Positions 1 through 10,097 of a DNA stretch of 32,965 bases are shown here, piece after piece. Every line of letters begins with the position of its first letter. The stretch's first letter is position 1. Under the pieces are notes generated by a model, which ran no database searches, was not told the origin of the DNA, and saw only the letters and a program-made list of their open reading frames with translations. Source of the stretch: Candidatus Omnitrophota bacterium (GTDB lineage Bacteria; Omnitrophota; Omnitrophia; Omnitrophales; Aquincolibacteriaceae). Where the stretch lies: positions 1 to 32,965 of the forward strand of contig JAZDJU010000054.1 of the NCBI GenBank assembly GCA_043803685.1. Reading direction: 5' to 3'. Made by a program: the position numbers and the translations under genes.

Positions 1-851
1 TAAAGGATCTTCACCGTCGTTTTTTTATCCAGCTGACCATTGAGCGACGTCTGGAGGTACGGGCGGACCAGGACCTCGTGAGAAAAATTGTCCACGATCT
101 GCAAACCCCCGACCCCCTCCCAAAAAAGACGCTCTGTAAAATAATACCGCGTCCCCGCCGTCAGCGCGTGGATCGTGGAATGCGGCCCGTCGTCGAATTC
201 CCGGAACGCGAAATCATAAGCGCCTAGAAGGCCCCACTTGTTACTGACCTTGTAATACCCGCTCAGCCCGGCCCGGAGGTTGTACGAATCCGTCCCCGCT
301 TCTTTATCGATGATGTTGATCCCTCCGCCCGCGCTCGCGGTAAGAGAAAAGCGCTGGCTGACATCGCGGGTGTAACTTCCGTCAGCCTGCCCTGTCCAAT
401 AACTGTACTGTCCCCCGGTCCGTCCAAACGCTTCCTCAAAATCTTGCGGGTTGTAATAATGGTCCATCGAACCCGTGAACCCGAACCGGTCATACTGGGT
501 CCGCTCGTACTGGTAATTCAGCCGCGCATTCTGTGAATTGTTGGTGTACTTGGAATGCTTGGCATAGATCTCCTGTTTATCTTCCACCAGGAGGTCCAGG
601 AGATGCCGCTTACCGGTGTAGATCGCCTTAAGACCCGCAACAAGCTCGCTGATCAGGTCGGCCTTCTTCCCATTTTTTGCCAACGTAATATTACTATCGT
701 AGACCTCTCCCGCGCTCCCCGTCACAGCAACCTCAAGTTCTTTGGAGGCGAAGGGATAATACGCCAGAATGCTCACCGGTGCATAAAACGGAGTGATAAG
801 CCCGATCACTAAAGGGATGATAAGATAGCGCTTCAGGGTCTTCCTTTGCAT
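1..851 (-). CDS. Outer-membrane beta-barrel protein, probably a polysaccharide-export-associated porin type; 3' end runs off the window
   Basis: Not in the ORF track. Manual translation from ATG 851 (MQRKTLKRYLIIPLVIGLITPFYAPVSILAYYPF...GEVYDSNITLA...) is open to base 1. It has a signal-peptide-like N-terminus, a YDSNI motif, and alternating aromatic/Gly beta-strand segments (LRAGLSGYYKV, LTAGTRYYF). Confidence 0.65.
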   Translation of the reverse strand, partial: MQRKTLKRYLIIPLVIGLITPFYAPVSILAYYPFASKELEVAVTGSAGEVYDSNITLAKNGKKADLISELVAGLKAIYTGKRHLLDLLVEDKQEIYAKHSKYTNNSQNARLNYQYERTQYDRFGFTGSMDHYYNPQDFEEAFGRTGGQYSYWTGQADGSYTRDVSQRFSLTASAGGGINIIDKEAGTDSYNLRAGLSGYYKVSNKWGLLGAYDFAFREFDDGPHSTIHALTAGTRYYFTERLFWEGVGGLQIVDNFSHEVLVRPYLQTSLNGQLDKKTTVKIL

Positions 852-1025
852 AAGTCGTTCTATGGGGCCGCTTTCCCCTTCCTAGCTTTAAAGAAGCGGG
901 CATTGTATCAAATTCAGGATGTAGAAGCCATAGGCCCCATCGGATCATAGGTCGCTTAAGACATGTTTTGGAAGTATGCCCTATAGAACGTTCCTTGGCA
1001 ACCGGTTCACGAAATATTATTAAAG

Positions 1026-1056
1026 TCGCAACTCATTTGATTTCAATAAGTTGCGA
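1026..1056. promoter_or_regulatory. Imperfect inverted repeat containing an IHF-like site
   Basis: TCGCAACT-N15-AGTTGCGA in an AT-rich intergenic stretch; TTTCAATAAGTTG resembles the IHF consensus WATCAANNNNTTR. Confidence 0.3.
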
Positions 1057-1127
1057 TGACTGAAGCACCCAGGAGCCGACCTTTCATATCAAACACGAGC
1101 CAAAGGTCCATAACGGTGTACGCCCAG

Positions 1128-1538
1128 TTACGAGCCTACAGAAGTGCGGGTCTTCCGAATAAGCCTGCTACGTGCAGAAAAATAGAGCAGGATCCCCAAG
1201 ACCGCGCAGCACACGTCGAAAAGAACGTCATCGAGCTCTCCCGATCGTCCCGAAACAAAAGTCTGATGCCATTCATCAGAAAGCGCGAAGAGCGCGGTCA
1301 ATGCCCAGGCTAGGATCGAGGCTTTAAAACCCGCGACCCGGGAACTGGAAAGCAACAAAGCCCGTAGCCATAGTCCCCCCAAGACCGTGTACTCGAAGAA
1401 ATGCACCACCTTATGGAACTGAGGGATCGAAAGATCAGGGATCTCTTTGCCAGGGACCGAAGAAAGGATGAAGATAAAGATCATCCACAAAAGAACCGGC
1501 AGCCACGCGCGTGAGAAACTATTCTGTTGATCTTTCAT
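1128..1538 (-). CDS. VanZ family membrane protein
   Basis: WMIFIFILSS, KVVHFFEYTVLG and ALSDEWHQTFVSGRSG..DD..D motifs typical of VanZ-like proteins; 4-bp overlap with the upstream gene's stop. Confidence 0.9.
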   Translation of the reverse strand: MKDQQNSFSRAWLPVLLWMIFIFILSSVPGKEIPDLSIPQFHKVVHFFEYTVLGGLWLRALLLSSSRVAGFKASILAWALTALFALSDEWHQTFVSGRSGELDDVLFDVCCAVLGILLYFSARSRLIRKTRTSVGS

Positions 1539-3475
1539 CCCGCACGCTCTCCTCTCAAAGCCTGCGATCCTGTCTTCGAAACGTCGCTCGTCAGTTCCGA
1601 GGGAACACTCAATTCAAGAGCACGCTTCAGATTTCTTTCGGCATTCTTGTTCCCGGTGACTAATCGACAGGCCTCCTGGAATGCTTTGATCGCATCGGGG
1701 ATATCCCCCAGATTCATGAGCGTCTCGCCGAGCCACACATAGTATTGATCATTTTTGGGCTCTTGCGCGATCGCCTGACGAAAAGAATCGGCGGCCTTCT
1801 TGAAATCGCCGGAAAGGAAGAAGGCCCTGCCGAGAAGAGGTAAAGTCGAAGCCTCTCCCGTATCGAGCCCCTTCGCCATGCGAAGATGCCACTGGCGGAA
1901 CTTTGAGTACTCCGGATGAGCCTGAAGCTCCCTTTCCTTTTCCAGAAAGAGAACCGCTCTCTGAGGATCCCCTTGCCCCAGATAAATACTGCCGATCTTG
2001 CGAAAGTAGTGCGCCTGAATGAACGGGTCCCGTCCCAAGCTCGCCTTCAAAAAAAGCTCGATCGCGGGTTGAAAAAGGCCTTTCTTCTCATAGGCGATCC
2101 CGAGCGTTTTCTGGACCGAGCGATCCTGAGGACGCATGCTTAGAGCCTTTTGTAGCAATACGATCGCCTTATCCACATCGCACCAGGCCCCATCTTCAAG
2201 ACACACCGTGCCGAGCAAGCTGTTGGCAACAAAGGACTCGGGACGCTCCAGAAAAAGCCGCCCCCAAAGCGCCCGCGGATCCTTGTAGTTAAACGTCAAA
2301 CAAAAACTAAGGACCGAAAGGTAAACCACACCCGCGATCGCAAGGCTCTTCCTCAGGAAAGGAGACGGGATCCACGATCGATGCGTCCTCAAGATCCCGA
2401 GCCGGGACCCTGCGCTCTGAAAGGCGGCGCAGGACAAAAGCAAGATGGGCGGCACGGAAAGATAACTGAAATGATCGGACGCAGGGGTCATCGACAGAAG
2501 CGAAACCTTGAAAAATCCAAGCGCCGGAAAGATACTCACGCCATAAAAACAAAGGAGCGCAAAAGCCCCCCGGCCAAGATGCCGGCGGAAGCGATACAAA
2601 ACAAGAAAAAACAGGATCACGCCAACGGGAAATGCCCAGTTCCCCCAGCGAGCCGCATGAAGATCCCACGCGGGGTAAGCGGTCAAGAATTTCCATGGCA
2701 ACACGATCTGCTTGATATAAAAAAAGAAGTTCTTTCCAGCAAGAATGATCTTTTCTGAAAAAATAAGATCTGAAACCTCCGGTGAGCCCAGATCTTCATT
2801 GAGCATCGGACGAATGACGCTGAGGATCCCTATAAGAAAGAATGGCGCTGCCCCCCAAAGATCTCTCCTTGAGACGGAACCTTGTTTCCACCAGACATAA
2901 AGAAGCGGCACCACCGCGAAACACACCGCAATACATTTACACAACAGAGCCGCCGTGAAGAAAGCCAATGCTTTGACATAGTCTTTCTTCCCGCGACCGG
3001 AATCGAAATCCAGATAAGCATGAAAGGCGAGCATCATAAAAAAGAAACAAAACAGGTTCTTTTGTTCCGCGATCCAGGCGACCGTTTCAACCTGAATGGG
3101 ATGGATCGCGAATAAAAGCGCGGTCACTCCCGCAAGCGTTGGCATGATCCTGCGAACCAGCCCCAAAAGAAGCAGAGCGTTGAGCATATGCATCGTCAGG
3201 CTGAAGGAATGATAACCCCAGGGGTGGGAACCCCATAATTGATGTTCAAGCCAGAGAAAGGAAACCGTAAGCGGAAAAGCGGAAAGAGGATTAGAGAAAG
3301 TCCAAAGCCCGATAAGATCTTTCATCATCCCCATCGAGGCCTTGGCGGGAAGATAACTCCGATCATCCCATATAAATCCATTCATGAGGGAATGTCCGTA
3401 AATAAGGACGGTTAACCCGAGGATCAACCACGGCCAAAAACTCTCTTTTAAAAAAGCACTATTTTCACGCCCCAT
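1535..3475 (-). CDS. TMTC-like GT-C membrane glycosyltransferase with C-terminal TPRs (paralog 1)
   Basis: GFIWDD loop, WGYH..L..H.LN, LLFAIHPIQVETVAWIAEQK, DHFSYL; many TM helices, then TPR repeats. Confidence 0.8.
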   Translation of the reverse strand: MGRENSAFLKESFWPWLILGLTVLIYGHSLMNGFIWDDRSYLPAKASMGMMKDLIGLWTFSNPLSAFPLTVSFLWLEHQLWGSHPWGYHSFSLTMHMLNALLLLGLVRRIMPTLAGVTALLFAIHPIQVETVAWIAEQKNLFCFFFMMLAFHAYLDFDSGRGKKDYVKALAFFTAALLCKCIAVCFAVVPLLYVWWKQGSVSRRDLWGAAPFFLIGILSVIRPMLNEDLGSPEVSDLIFSEKIILAGKNFFFYIKQIVLPWKFLTAYPAWDLHAARWGNWAFPVGVILFFLVLYRFRRHLGRGAFALLCFYGVSIFPALGFFKVSLLSMTPASDHFSYLSVPPILLLSCAAFQSAGSRLGILRTHRSWIPSPFLRKSLAIAGVVYLSVLSFCLTFNYKDPRALWGRLFLERPESFVANSLLGTVCLEDGAWCDVDKAIVLLQKALSMRPQDRSVQKTLGIAYEKKGLFQPAIELFLKASLGRDPFIQAHYFRKIGSIYLGQGDPQRAVLFLEKERELQAHPEYSKFRQWHLRMAKGLDTGEASTLPLLGRAFFLSGDFKKAADSFRQAIAQEPKNDQYYVWLGETLMNLGDIPDAIKAFQEACRLVTGNKNAERNLKRALELSVPSELTSDVSKTGSQALRGERAG

Positions 3476-3558
3476 TGCGACAATCTCCTAAAAGTGATCC
3501 TTCAAAGCAAAGATACCCCGGCAAGCATTCCGTTCTTGTTTTGTTCACTCTGGGAATT

Positions 3559-5346
3559 TTAGGCCTCACGGTCCCTTTCAGCTAGCTTTGTTCTTGTGTG
3601 TTCCAAGCCCTTCTTTGCGCTCGGGCTTTGAGGATCCAATCGAAAGGCCTCCTGAAAGTTTTTTAAAGCATTCTCAAAATCCCCGGAAAGAAAATACGCC
3701 TGCCCCAAAAAGGAATAGTCGGCGGACTTTTCGGAGGAGGGATCGGAGGTCCTTTGGAAGCGAGTGTACCGCTGGCGATGGATCAAATAGTCGGGATGGC
3801 TCTTAAGAGACAAGGCTAATTCCAGAAAAGGGATGCCTTCCGAGAACTTTCTTTGATGAACGCCGACCCTTCCGATCTCGCGAAAGAAATGCGACTGAGA
3901 AAAGGGGTCTTGCCCGATACTGGCCCTCAGATAGGCTTCCTTGGCCTGCTCCGGAAGTCCTTTCAGCTCGTAGGCGGCGCCAAGCTTTGAAAGGGTCAAA
4001 CTCTCATCGGGGCCGATCCGGACGGCTCTCTCAAGAGCCTTGATGGCCTTGTCCGTGCTGCAGAGATCGGGATTATCAATGCATACGATCCCAAAACGGC
4101 TATTCGCAAAAAAAGAGTCCGGGCACTCCCGCTGAAGTTGGCCGAACAGAGTTACATCATTCTTATAATTGAGCGTCAGACGAAAGCTGACCATGGAAAG
4201 AAAAAGAACGACCGCGACCGCGAGACTCCTTTTCAGCGTCCCCCATTCGCGGAAGGACGGTGCTGGGAGCCGCGCAAAGACGGCGCGACCGGCGCCGCAA
4301 CATAAAAGTAAAACGGGCGGCACGGAAAGATAACTGAAATGATCCGAAGCGTAGGTGATAGAAAAAAGGGACACCGTGAGAAACCCCAAAGCCGGAAAAA
4401 TGGAAATCCCGTAAAAACTCAGGAGTGCAAAAGCGCCGCGGCCAAGCCGCTGCCGATACTGATACAGGACGAAGTAAAGCGCTAGAACGCCCGAAGGAAA
4501 GACCCAATTCCCCCAAGAAAGGACATCGACATCCCATTTTGGATAGAGAGTCAGGAACCGCCATGGCCATACGATCTGTTTGATATAAAAAAAGAAGTTC
4601 TTTCCAGCAAGGATGAGCTTCTCGGACAGAAAGACTCCCGAAAGGTCCGACCCCGAGCCGAGGCTTTCGTTGTACATGGGAACAAAAACGCTGAGAGCTC
4701 CGATCAAGAGCAAGAAACCGGTCATGAGAAGATCGCGCTTGAGAACCGAACCCCGTTGCCACCATGCAAAAAGAACAGGGATCGTCGAAAAACAGATCGC
4801 GATACTTTTACTGAGAAGCGCCGCGGCAAAGAAAAGGGCCATCTTGGCGAAATCCCATTTTTTCCCCTTCTCATGAAAATCCAGAAATGAATGAATGGCG
4901 AGCGCCATAAAAAAGAAACACCAAAGATTTTTTTGCTCCGCGATCCAGGCAACCGTCTCGACCTGGATGGGATGAATGGCGAATAAAAGCGCTGTCACTC
5001 CCGCAAGTGTTGGCGCCAGTCTGCGGACAAGTCCGAAAAGGAGTAACGCGTTAAGAATGTGTACAGTAAGGTTCACAACGTGGTAACCCCAGGGGTTGAG
5101 ACCCCACAGCGCATGCTGCATCCAAAGCGCTGAAACAGTCAGCGGAAAAGCGGAAAAGGGGTCGGACAGGGTCCAGAATCCCGCAAGCCCCTTGAGGGAA
5201 CCCAGCGAAGGGTTATACACAAGATAGTCATGGTCGTCCCAGACAAAACCATGGGACAAGGACCCGGCGTAAATAAGAGCCGTCAACCCGATGATCAGAC
5301 AGGGCCACATACTCTCTTTTAAAAACAGCTTTATTTTAAGATCCAT
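3559..5346 (-). CDS. TMTC-like GT-C membrane glycosyltransferase with C-terminal TPRs (paralog 2)
   Basis: Same motifs as paralog 1. Start moved from 5424 to ATG 5346 because MDLKIKLFLKESMWP aligns with MGRENSAFLKESFWP. Confidence 0.8.
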   Translation of the reverse strand: MDLKIKLFLKESMWPCLIIGLTALIYAGSLSHGFVWDDHDYLVYNPSLGSLKGLAGFWTLSDPFSAFPLTVSALWMQHALWGLNPWGYHVVNLTVHILNALLLFGLVRRLAPTLAGVTALLFAIHPIQVETVAWIAEQKNLWCFFFMALAIHSFLDFHEKGKKWDFAKMALFFAAALLSKSIAICFSTIPVLFAWWQRGSVLKRDLLMTGFLLLIGALSVFVPMYNESLGSGSDLSGVFLSEKLILAGKNFFFYIKQIVWPWRFLTLYPKWDVDVLSWGNWVFPSGVLALYFVLYQYRQRLGRGAFALLSFYGISIFPALGFLTVSLFSITYASDHFSYLSVPPVLLLCCGAGRAVFARLPAPSFREWGTLKRSLAVAVVLFLSMVSFRLTLNYKNDVTLFGQLQRECPDSFFANSRFGIVCIDNPDLCSTDKAIKALERAVRIGPDESLTLSKLGAAYELKGLPEQAKEAYLRASIGQDPFSQSHFFREIGRVGVHQRKFSEGIPFLELALSLKSHPDYLIHRQRYTRFQRTSDPSSEKSADYSFLGQAYFLSGDFENALKNFQEAFRLDPQSPSAKKGLEHTRTKLAERDREA

Positions 5347-5493
5347 TTTCATCCACAAGCTAGGTCGCGATCGTACGCTGAAAGATTGTTTCCATCGGGT
5401 CTCCTGCCCACCATTTATCGTCATTTTTCCGATATCCTTATCCTAAAACAATGCTCCGGAAAATATTCCGGTCATGATCATGCACATTTCAGC

Positions 5494-5522
5494 TTGCGAG
5501 GAAGCGCGAAAGGCCCTATATT
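5494..5522 (+). promoter_or_regulatory. Putative sigma70 promoter for the carbonic anhydrase operon
   Basis: TTGCGA-N17-TATATT about 60 bp upstream of ATG 5582. Confidence 0.4.
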
Positions 5523-5581
5523 TGTCCAAAAAGTTGGCCCGTTTTCCTGAGAAAATCGTTCAAACATTGGTGATCTCGACT

Positions 5582-6121
5582 ATGAACCGCCTCGTATCGA
5601 TCAACAAAGTCTCAGACATCCCGGCAAAATACCGCGGGACACCCATCGGACGTCTCCTCGAATATCAAAATCTGGGTCGCCCGTTCAAACCCTATTCCCA
5701 GGCACAGCTTCTCATCGGCATGTGCATGGACAGCCGAAAACTGTTACACATCCCTGACAATTTTGCCTTTGTTCTTCGCACGGGAGGCGCCAACCTCCGG
5801 TATAGCGAATTCAAAGTCTCTTACGCGATCGCCGTCGGCGGCGTCTCGTATATCGCGCTTATCACGCATGACCACTGCGGCATGGTCAACCTCCCTGCTC
5901 GCAAGGACTTGTTTATCAAAGGTCTCGTCAAGAAAGGCGGCTGGAAGAAAAAAGACGCGGAAGAACATTTCAGGAATTTCTCGCATCTTTTTGAGATCGG
6001 CAATGAAACGGATTTCGTACTCAGTGAAGTTAAACGGCTTCGTCTCCGCTACCCCAAGGTCAAAGTCGTTCCGATGTTCTATAAAGTTCAGGACAGCCGG
6101 CTTTTTCTACTCAAAGAATAG
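5582..6121 (+). CDS. Beta-class carbonic anhydrase
   Basis: Zn-ligand motifs CMDSR and HDHCG, plus RTGGAN. Probable start MNRLVSI at 5582 (track ORF begins at 5474). Confidence 0.85.
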   Translation: MNRLVSINKVSDIPAKYRGTPIGRLLEYQNLGRPFKPYSQAQLLIGMCMDSRKLLHIPDNFAFVLRTGGANLRYSEFKVSYAIAVGGVSYIALITHDHCGMVNLPARKDLFIKGLVKKGGWKKKDAEEHFRNFSHLFEIGNETDFVLSEVKRLRLRYPKVKVVPMFYKVQDSRLFLLKE

Positions 6122-6126
6122 ACGCC

Positions 6127-7353
6127 ATGGCAAAACCCGCAGACCCCAGCGAAAAAACATTTCTGGCCCGAGTTGAGATCCTGAACCGGCGCATCCAGGA
6201 AGCCAAAAAGAACGATCTCTACCCTTACATGCACTCCTCTGACGCGGTCGAAGGGGTCCACGTCACGGTTCAGGGTCGCCCGATGCTCCAATTCGCATCC
6301 TACTCTTACCTCGACCTTCTGGGGCATCCCAAGATCAATGCCGCGGCCAAAAAAGCCATCGACGAGTTCGGAACAGGCACGCACGGCGTCCGGTTCCTCG
6401 CGGGAACCACCCGGATCCATGTCGAACTTGAAAAAAAGATCGCCGCTTTCAAAAAGACTGAAACGGCCGTCGCCATCGCCTCAGGTTACGGTGCCAATTT
6501 CGGAACGATCTCCTCCCTTTTAGGACGCCACGATGTGGTCATCTCCGACAAGATCAACCATGCCAGCATTGTTGACGGCTGTATCTTGTCACGGGCCCAG
6601 TTCGTCCGGTTTGAGCATAACGACATGGCCGCCCTTGAAGAAGCGCTTGCGAAAGCCCCTAAAAAAGGGACCAAGCTCGTTGTGGTGGACGCGGTCTTCA
6701 GCATGGACGGCGACATCATTAACCTTCCTGAAGTGATCCGGCTTTGCAGGAAATTCAAGGCGCTCCTCATGATCGATGAAGCTCATTCCCTGGGCGTTAT
6801 TGGAAAAAAGGGACACGGGATCGAAGAGCATTTTGGGATCGATCCGGCGGAAGGACTTATCGACATCAAGATGGGAACGCTCAGCAAGACCATCCCGAGC
6901 GTCGGAGGCTATATCGCCGGAGACTCCAAACTCATCAATTACCTGCGGCACTCCATCCGGCCCTTCATTTTTTCAGCACCCATTCCTCCTCCTTCAGCCG
7001 CCGCGGCCAAGGCAGCGTTTGAAGTGATCGAGGATGAACCGTGGCGTGTGGAAAAACTCCATAAGAACGCGGACTATTTCCTCAAAACCCTGCAATCGCG
7101 AGGATTCGATACACTCAGAAGCCAGACCGCCATCGTACCGATCATTATCGGAGATGAGAACCAGGCCCTGGAAATGACACGCCTCGCGAGGAACGAAGGG
7201 ATCTTCATCGTGCCGATCCTGCCCCCCGCTGTTCAGCCCAACACCTCCAGAATTCGCGCGACAGTTACCGCAGGTCATTCGCTCCAGGAGATCGACCGCG
7301 CGATCAACACGTTTGAGAAGATCGCTAAATCCCTCGGCATTATACATTCTTGA
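6127..7353 (+). CDS. PLP-dependent alpha-oxoamine synthase (aminotransferase class II; SPT/BioF/Kbl family)
   Basis: SYSYLDL, NHASIVDG, VFSMDGD, DEAHSLG and GTLSK (PLP lysine) motifs. Confidence 0.9.
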   Translation: MAKPADPSEKTFLARVEILNRRIQEAKKNDLYPYMHSSDAVEGVHVTVQGRPMLQFASYSYLDLLGHPKINAAAKKAIDEFGTGTHGVRFLAGTTRIHVELEKKIAAFKKTETAVAIASGYGANFGTISSLLGRHDVVISDKINHASIVDGCILSRAQFVRFEHNDMAALEEALAKAPKKGTKLVVVDAVFSMDGDIINLPEVIRLCRKFKALLMIDEAHSLGVIGKKGHGIEEHFGIDPAEGLIDIKMGTLSKTIPSVGGYIAGDSKLINYLRHSIRPFIFSAPIPPPSAAAAKAAFEVIEDEPWRVEKLHKNADYFLKTLQSRGFDTLRSQTAIVPIIIGDENQALEMTRLARNEGIFIVPILPPAVQPNTSRIRATVTAGHSLQEIDRAINTFEKIAKSLGIIHS

Positions 7354-7377
7354 CCCCCTAACCGGGACAACCCAAGC

Positions 7378-8160
7378 ATGACTCTCGGATACGCTCTGAT
7401 CACAGGTGCATCGGAAGGCCTCGGCCAGGAATTCGCAAAGATCTTTGCCCGCGGCGGTCATCCTCTTGTTCTTGTTGCCAGGAACAAAGCCAGGCTCGAC
7501 GCCCTCGCTTCAGAATTGAGCTCAACCCATCAGGTCGACATCCGTACGATCTCACAGGACTTGAGCCTCCCGAGTGCGGCCGAAGAGCTTAAGAGCGCGA
7601 TCTCCGCGTTGAAGATCGATATTGAGATCCTGGTTAATAACGCCGGGTTCGGCGTGCACGGGCTTTTTCCGGACACCGACTGGAAGGACACACAAAGCAT
7701 GCTAAGCCTCAACATGATGACCGCAACCCATTTAACCCATTTATTCCTTCCCGAAATGCTTCGGAGGGGCCATGGAAAGGTCCTGAATGTGGCATCGACG
7801 GCGGCATTTCAGCCAGGTCCTTTCATGGCCTGTTACTTTGCTTCCAAAGCGTATGTGCTTTCTTTCACCGAAGCGATCGCCGAGGAAGTTCGCGGGACCG
7901 GCGTTACGGTCACAGCCTTTTGCCCCGGCCCTACGCGGACACAATTCCAGAAGCGTTCCCACACCGAAAACATCAGGGAAAATGCCTTCGTAATGGCAGC
8001 AGCCCCCGCGGCCGAAGCGGCTTATCGTGGACTCATGAAAAATAAACGTCTCGTGATCCCTGGATTCACAAATAAACTCCTCGCGGTTCTGGTCCGTCTC
8101 GCTCCCCGAAGCCTTGTGATGCGAGTCACCCGCTATCTCGAAGAAAGCGTTCCCGTATAA
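7378..8160 (+). CDS. Short-chain dehydrogenase/reductase (classical SDR)
   Basis: TGASEGLG, LVNNAGFG, catalytic YFASK, PGPTRT. Confidence 0.92.
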   Translation: MTLGYALITGASEGLGQEFAKIFARGGHPLVLVARNKARLDALASELSSTHQVDIRTISQDLSLPSAAEELKSAISALKIDIEILVNNAGFGVHGLFPDTDWKDTQSMLSLNMMTATHLTHLFLPEMLRRGHGKVLNVASTAAFQPGPFMACYFASKAYVLSFTEAIAEEVRGTGVTVTAFCPGPTRTQFQKRSHTENIRENAFVMAAAPAAEAAYRGLMKNKRLVIPGFTNKLLAVLVRLAPRSLVMRVTRYLEESVPV

Positions 8161-8167
8161 AAACCCC

Positions 8168-8195
8168 TTGCAAATTCACTCGTCATCGGTAGACT
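8168..8195 (+). promoter_or_regulatory. Putative sigma70 promoter of pckG
   Basis: TTGCAA-N16-TAGACT; strong RBS AAGGAG ahead of ATG 8244. Confidence 0.45.
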
Positions 8196-8243
8196 TCACC
8201 CCGTAAACGCAATCAAATTCTCTATACAAAAGGAGTAACACCA

Positions 8244-10031
8244 ATGGCAACACCGCTCGAAAAATGGGTCGCAGAACAGGCTCAACTGACCAAACCTTCC
8301 AAGATCTATTGGTGCGACGGCACGGAAGCCGAAGCCAAAAAGTTGATCGAGGTCGGCATGAAGGAAGAGCTGATCAACGGTCACCCCGTTTTTCAGAAGC
8401 TGAACGACAAGCATTGGCCAAACGCTTATTATCACCAATCGCATCCCAATGACGTCGCCCGCACCGAGCAGTTGACCTTCGTCTGTCATCCGGACAAAGA
8501 GACCGCGGGACCGAACAATAACTGGATGGACCCCAAGGAAGCCAAAGCGAAAATGGCTGGGCTTTTTGACGGCTGCATGAAGGGCCGCACGATGTATGTC
8601 ATGCCCTACATGATGGGTCATCCCAAGTCGCCTTACGCGAAGGCCTGTGTCCAGATCACGGACAACAGCTATGTCGCGGTCAGTATGCGCATCATGACCC
8701 GCATGGGAAAAGAAGCGCTCGATCGTATCGGGAACTCTGAGAATTTCGTCCGCGGCCTTCATTCCGTTGGCGACCTCAATCCCGAACGCCGTTTTATTAT
8801 GCACTTCCCTCAAGAGAATCTCGTGCAGAGCTTCGGCTCAGGGTACGGCGGCAACGCCCTCCTCGGAAAAAAATGTTTTGCCCTGCGTATCGCTTCATGC
8901 CTTGGACAAAAAGAAGGATGGCTCGCTGAACACATGCTTATCATGGGGATCGAAGACCCGAAGGGCAAGATCACCTATATCGCCGCGGCGCTGCCTTCCG
9001 CTTGCGGCAAAACCAATCTCGCGCTCATGCAATCCGCGCTTCCGGGCTACAAGGTCTGGACCGTGGGCGATGACATCGCGTGGTTGAATATCGGCCCGGA
9101 CGGTCGGCTCTATGCCATCAACCCTGAGGCGGGATTTTTCGGCGTCGCACCAGGCACATCAAGCAAGACGAACCCTAAGATGGTCGAGACGCTCAAAAAC
9201 AATAAATTCTTCCCCACCCTCTTCACAAATACCGCGGTCGACAAAGACGCGAACGAGCCTTGGTGGGAAGGATTGGACGGCGCAGTTCCCAAAAACGTCA
9301 CCGATTGGCAAGGCCAGGCTTGGGACCCTTCCAAGGGCACGAAAGCCGCGCACGCCAATTCCCGCTTCACGGTTTCCATGTATAACTGTCCCAGTCTCTC
9401 CAAGGAAGTCGATAACCCTCAAGGCGTTCCCATCTCGGCGATCCTTTTTGGCGGGAAACGCGCAAAGCTCATCCCTCTTGTCGCGGAAGCCACTAGCTGG
9501 CAGCAAGGCGTCTTTTTCGGCACCCGCATGGGCTCTGAAATTACCGCGGCCGCTTCGGACCTCAAGGCAGGCGCCACCCGGCGCGATCCGATGGCCATGC
9601 TCCCCTTCTGCGGCTACAACATGGGCGATTATTTCAGTCATTGGCTGAACGTTGGGAAGAAACTGAAACAGGCTCCCAAGATCTACTCCATTAACTGGTT
9701 CCGCACGGACGCGTCTGGGAAATTCATGTGGCCGGGCTTTGGTGACAATATCCGCGTCATGAAGTGGATCATGGACCGCATTGAAGGCAAGGTCAGCGCT
9801 AAGGAAACACCGATCGGCGCCATTCCTGAGACAAAGGATTTTGATCTTTCAGGGCTCAACATGCCGAAGGATACGGCGGAAGCCCTTTTCGCGGTAGATC
9901 CTTCCGAATGGGCGGGTGAACTTCAGGAGATTGAAAAGTATTTGTCGCAATTCGGAACACGCACCCCGGAAGCGATATGGCAGGAATACCGGTCACTCGC
10001 AGAAAAACTCGGGCAGACCGTTTCGAAGTAA
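8244..10031 (+). CDS. pckG: Phosphoenolpyruvate carboxykinase (GTP)
   Basis: DVARTE, SFGSGYGGNALLGKKC, WLAEHM, PSACGKTNLA, VGDDIAW, NPEAGFFGVAPG, DPMAMLPFCGY. Confidence 0.97.
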   Translation: MATPLEKWVAEQAQLTKPSKIYWCDGTEAEAKKLIEVGMKEELINGHPVFQKLNDKHWPNAYYHQSHPNDVARTEQLTFVCHPDKETAGPNNNWMDPKEAKAKMAGLFDGCMKGRTMYVMPYMMGHPKSPYAKACVQITDNSYVAVSMRIMTRMGKEALDRIGNSENFVRGLHSVGDLNPERRFIMHFPQENLVQSFGSGYGGNALLGKKCFALRIASCLGQKEGWLAEHMLIMGIEDPKGKITYIAAALPSACGKTNLALMQSALPGYKVWTVGDDIAWLNIGPDGRLYAINPEAGFFGVAPGTSSKTNPKMVETLKNNKFFPTLFTNTAVDKDANEPWWEGLDGAVPKNVTDWQGQAWDPSKGTKAAHANSRFTVSMYNCPSLSKEVDNPQGVPISAILFGGKRAKLIPLVAEATSWQQGVFFGTRMGSEITAAASDLKAGATRRDPMAMLPFCGYNMGDYFSHWLNVGKKLKQAPKIYSINWFRTDASGKFMWPGFGDNIRVMKWIMDRIEGKVSAKETPIGAIPETKDFDLSGLNMPKDTAEALFAVDPSEWAGELQEIEKYLSQFGTRTPEAIWQEYRSLAEKLGQTVSK

Positions 10032-10044
10032 TTACGTATCAATT

Positions 10045-10090
10045 AAAGAGGCCGGAACCCCCTTGAAATACGGGGTTCCGGCCTTTTTTT
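10045..10090. terminator. Intrinsic terminator, probably bidirectional, between convergent pckG and metH
   Basis: AGGCCGGAACCCC-N10-GGGGTTCCGGCCT followed by a T-run; A-rich on the other side. Confidence 0.9.
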
Positions 10091-10097
10091 GTTCGGA

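Noticed and set aside
263..948. Short track ORFs at 263-493, 555-812 and 733-948
   Set aside because: Overlap the longer edge-truncated beta-barrel ORF (1-851), which explains the region better.
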